Positions 61,460 to 64,000 of a stretch of 64,000 nt of DNA are shown in pieces. The notes beneath the pieces were generated by a model, which did no database searches, was not told the origin of the DNA, and worked only from the letters and a program-made list of their open reading frames with translations. The position numbers were made by a program, and so were the translations under genes. The stretch comes from Candidatus Binatia bacterium (lineage in GTDB: Bacteria > Desulfobacterota > Binatia > Bin18), in the NCBI GenBank assembly GCA_963664395.2, contig OY761159.2:2016001-2080000 (forward strand). The letters are read 5' to 3'. Every line of letters begins with the position of its first letter. Positions within the stretch are counted from its first letter, which is position 1.

Positions 61460-61756
61460 ATGAAACTCCTTGGGCGAGCTGTCCGATGGAACGCTGAGAA
61501 AAACATACAACTCCAAGAAGAAAGAAATGTCAGTTTTGAGAAGATTGTGGCGGCAATAGCGGCAGGCAACCTATTGGACGACTTGAAACATCCCAACTGG
61601 GAACGCTATCCGCGTCAACGGCAGTTTGTCGTTTCGTTCAATAGATACGCTTACGTCGTCCCTTATGTAGAAGAAGAAAACGATACGTATTTTCTCAAGA
61701 CAATTTATCCAAGTAGAGCCATGACGAAGAAATATCTTGGACAAGGTGGGGACTAG
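61460..61756 (+). CDS. BrnT-like toxin (RelE-fold ribonuclease)
   Basis: WNAEKN..L..ERNVSFE, HPN..RYP.Q, YVVPYV, FLKTIYPSR..TKKYL. Confidence 0.82.
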   Translation: MKLLGRAVRWNAEKNIQLQEERNVSFEKIVAAIAAGNLLDDLKHPNWERYPRQRQFVVSFNRYAYVVPYVEEENDTYFLKTIYPSRAMTKKYLGQGGD

Positions 61757-61758
61757 CC

Positions 61759-63051
61759 ATGCCCGACGAATATATCCACGAAGAGCCGCTAGATGAAGAA
61801 GAACGGCAGTTGGCTAAAGAACTGGAAGCCGGAGAGTGGGTATCCGATCCAAACTCCGTCATTACAGGCTCGGCCGTAGAGACCGTATCTGCGCTCGAAG
61901 CAGCGGCCGACGAGCTCGAACGCGCCCAAGGAGACCCGTACCGGTGGAAATGGGTCATCCTGACTCTTCATAGCGCTGTTCAAGGCATGATGGCCTTGGT
62001 ACTGAAAGGCAGTAATGGGCTCAATGTACTGAAATCCGATGACGCGAAACGATGGCTGGACGCTTATGAAAACGGCGCGCCGCTTCTGGCGGATTTGGAA
62101 ATGGATAGTTTCCTCAACCTGTACAAGAAGATCAAAAGTGACACTGTACGCTTCTATATAGACAGCGAAAAGTTCACGCCTCAAGGAACCCAAGGGCGGT
62201 CTATCAAACTACTGAACCAGCTTAGGAACCAGTTCATACACTTCACTCCGTGTACCTTCATCCTCGTGCGTAACGGACTACCCAAGATGACGCTGGATTG
62301 CCTCAACATTGCCCGTTTTCTCGCGGATGGCTTGAAGAACATAGCCTGGCCTGAAGACCTGGGGGGGCGGACGGAGAGAGCCTTCACAGCCGCTGATAAG
62401 GCAGCACAGGGGATGGAACAGGGTTCCGATCCTACCTTTGTCGTTACAGATGAATTTGTGGAAACAATTTCTGCGCTCGAAGCAACAGCCGACGAGATTC
62501 AGCACGTCCAAGCAGACCCGTACCGGTGGAAAGGGGTCATCCTGGCTCTTCATAGCGCTGTTCAAGGCATGATGACCTTAGCACTAAGAGGTACTAATAA
62601 TCTAAAGGTGCTGAAACCCGAAGATGAGAAACGCTTCCTGGAGGCTGTTAAAAGCGATGCACCGCTTCCGGCGGATATGAAAATGGACGATTTTCTCAGT
62701 CTGTATAAGAAGATCAAAAGTGAAGACATGCTTTTTTACGTAAACTCCGAAAAGTTTACGCCCCAAGGAACCGAAGGGCAATCTCTCAAGGCTCTCAACC
62801 GGCTCCGGGATCGGTACGTTCACTTCATTCCGTGCGCATTTATCCTTCGAGTCAACGGACTGCCAGAAATGACAATCGATTGCCTCAACATTGCTTGGTT
62901 TCTTGCATGGAACTCGAATAATGTCGGCTGGGACGTAAAAGACAATGAGGACGAGTTGGTTGAGCGGGCGAAAAGAGCGCTCACAGCCGCGTCTAAGGCA
63001 GTACAGGAGATAAAAGAAGCCTACGCTCTCCCGCCTTATAAATCGTTATGA
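61759..63051 (+). CDS. Antitoxin-like N-terminus fused to two tandem HEPN-like domains
   Basis: LDEEERQL..ELEAGEWVS N-terminus; 194-aa duplication; RxxxxH motifs RNQFIH and RDRYVH. Confidence 0.7.
   Translation: MPDEYIHEEPLDEEERQLAKELEAGEWVSDPNSVITGSAVETVSALEAAADELERAQGDPYRWKWVILTLHSAVQGMMALVLKGSNGLNVLKSDDAKRWLDAYENGAPLLADLEMDSFLNLYKKIKSDTVRFYIDSEKFTPQGTQGRSIKLLNQLRNQFIHFTPCTFILVRNGLPKMTLDCLNIARFLADGLKNIAWPEDLGGRTERAFTAADKAAQGMEQGSDPTFVVTDEFVETISALEATADEIQHVQADPYRWKGVILALHSAVQGMMTLALRGTNNLKVLKPEDEKRFLEAVKSDAPLPADMKMDDFLSLYKKIKSEDMLFYVNSEKFTPQGTEGQSLKALNRLRDRYVHFIPCAFILRVNGLPEMTIDCLNIAWFLAWNSNNVGWDVKDNEDELVERAKRALTAASKAVQEIKEAYALPPYKSL
61843..63000 (+). repeat. Intragenic tandem duplication, 582-bp period
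   Basis: tccgatcc at 61843/62425; tctgcgctcgaagca and gacccgtaccggtggaaa...cttcatagcgctgttcaaggcatgatg in both halves. Confidence 0.9.
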
Positions 63052-63224
63052 GGCTACCCGATAGAGCCTTCATTATTCGTCTCTCGGCAAAGCTGAACTA
63101 TCCTACTGTTTTTCTGGTCAAGTGCCTTGGTCTCTTTGGGGCGGAATCCAGCCGGTATCTGTGACTGGCGTTGCCAGGAGGCTCTGGAACCAATGCCAAA
63201 TTCTTTCCGTCCCCCGACCAAATC

Positions 63225-64000
63225 TCACTGATCAGATGTGAAAATCTTCCAGAGCTTGTAGGCTCCGTAGCCAACACCCGCAGCGGCGGCCACAGGTGCT
63301 GCCGCTACAAGGGCGGTTCCAGCGACCATCCCGCCGCCCACGGTACCCCCTATAGCTGCGAGACCGCTCGCAATCCCCGCCCCACTGAGCCCTGCGGTGG
63401 CTCCGGCTGCGCTCACAGCAGCAATACCCCCTGCGGTGGCTGCCGCTGCTCCTCCATATGTGGCTTTTCGCGCTACGGAACGAGCCGCCCGTTCCTCCGA
63501 AGGAACGTTTGGATCGTCCTTGAACACTGTATTGTTAAGGGCAGAAGCCATTCCTGCACCGCCTACGCCTCCTAAGACGCCAATACCGGCAACCGCTCCG
63601 CCACCAACAACTCCACCGGTGGTGGCTAAACCCGACATAATGCCAGAGCCCGAAAGACCGGCAACTGTACCCTGCGAAGCGACTGCCGCGATTGCACCTT
63701 TCCTAGCGCCTTGGGTCAAAAGAAGCGTTGTAAAAGCCGCAGTACGGTTCACCTGCTTGGAATCATGGTCTCCCGTAATACACCAAGAGACGAAGTGCTC
63801 GCAGTTGTTTCCCCATATGGAATATCCGCCCTTTCCGATACACGATTTGGCTCTCTTCACAGCTTCGTCTGAGGAAAAGCGACGAGATTGATATGCATGG
63901 GTCTTGATATCTCCGCCACGAGCGAACTGATCGAGGGAGGTACGGCGAACACGTCCCTTTGCCGGACCGTCCATAGGCTCGGAGTAGTGAATGACGCCTC
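63225..64000 (-). CDS. LRAT-family (permuted NlpC/P60) protein with glycine-zipper C-terminus; 5' end outside window
   Basis: VIHYS at window edge, Y.IWGNNCEHFVSWC; two GLSG.GI.SGLA..GG.VGGG.VAG repeats. Confidence 0.82.
   Translation of the reverse strand, partial: GVIHYSEPMDGPAKGRVRRTSLDQFARGGDIKTHAYQSRRFSSDEAVKRAKSCIGKGGYSIWGNNCEHFVSWCITGDHDSKQVNRTAAFTTLLLTQGARKGAIAAVASQGTVAGLSGSGIMSGLATTGGVVGGGAVAGIGVLGGVGGAGMASALNNTVFKDDPNVPSEERAARSVARKATYGGAAAATAGGIAAVSAAGATAGLSGAGIASGLAAIGGTVGGGMVAGTALVAAAPVAAAAGVGYGAYKLWKIFTSDQ

Overview
GC-rich bacterial window; the gene content resembles host-associated (e.g. sponge) deltaproteobacteria-like lineages, though that is inference. Bases 1-11.4 kb hold a GH16-like gene end and two very large, heavily frameshifted surface-protein genes (cadherin/Calx-beta-like and FN3 repeats) that end in the same ~850-bp paired C-terminal module. 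Core genes follow: an ISC operon (iscS-iscU-iscA-hscB-hscA-iscX) with an IscR/Rrf2-like operator, uvrA, folD-gcvT-gcvH-gcvPA-gcvPB and ald. Metabolic genes include LLM oxidoreductases, MlrC, kynA/kynU, a thiolase/OB-fold pair, a 2-aminophenol 1,6-dioxygenase operon, a peptidase and a CoA transferase. Many small accessory islets are interspersed: a truncated IS1595-like element carrying a dCTP deaminase, Phd-VapC', RloA-RloB', DUF4258-YgiT, a PD-(D/E)XK nuclease, antitoxin-PIN', and BrnT followed by an antitoxin-N-terminus/tandem-HEPN fusion facing an LRAT-family gene. The best leads are the BrnT + two-HEPN chimera, a CxxU AhpD/CMD selenoprotein split by an in-frame TGA with a SECIS-like hairpin, the IS1595-borne dcd cassette, and the shared C-terminal surface module. 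All assignments come from motif recognition by eye; no searches were run.
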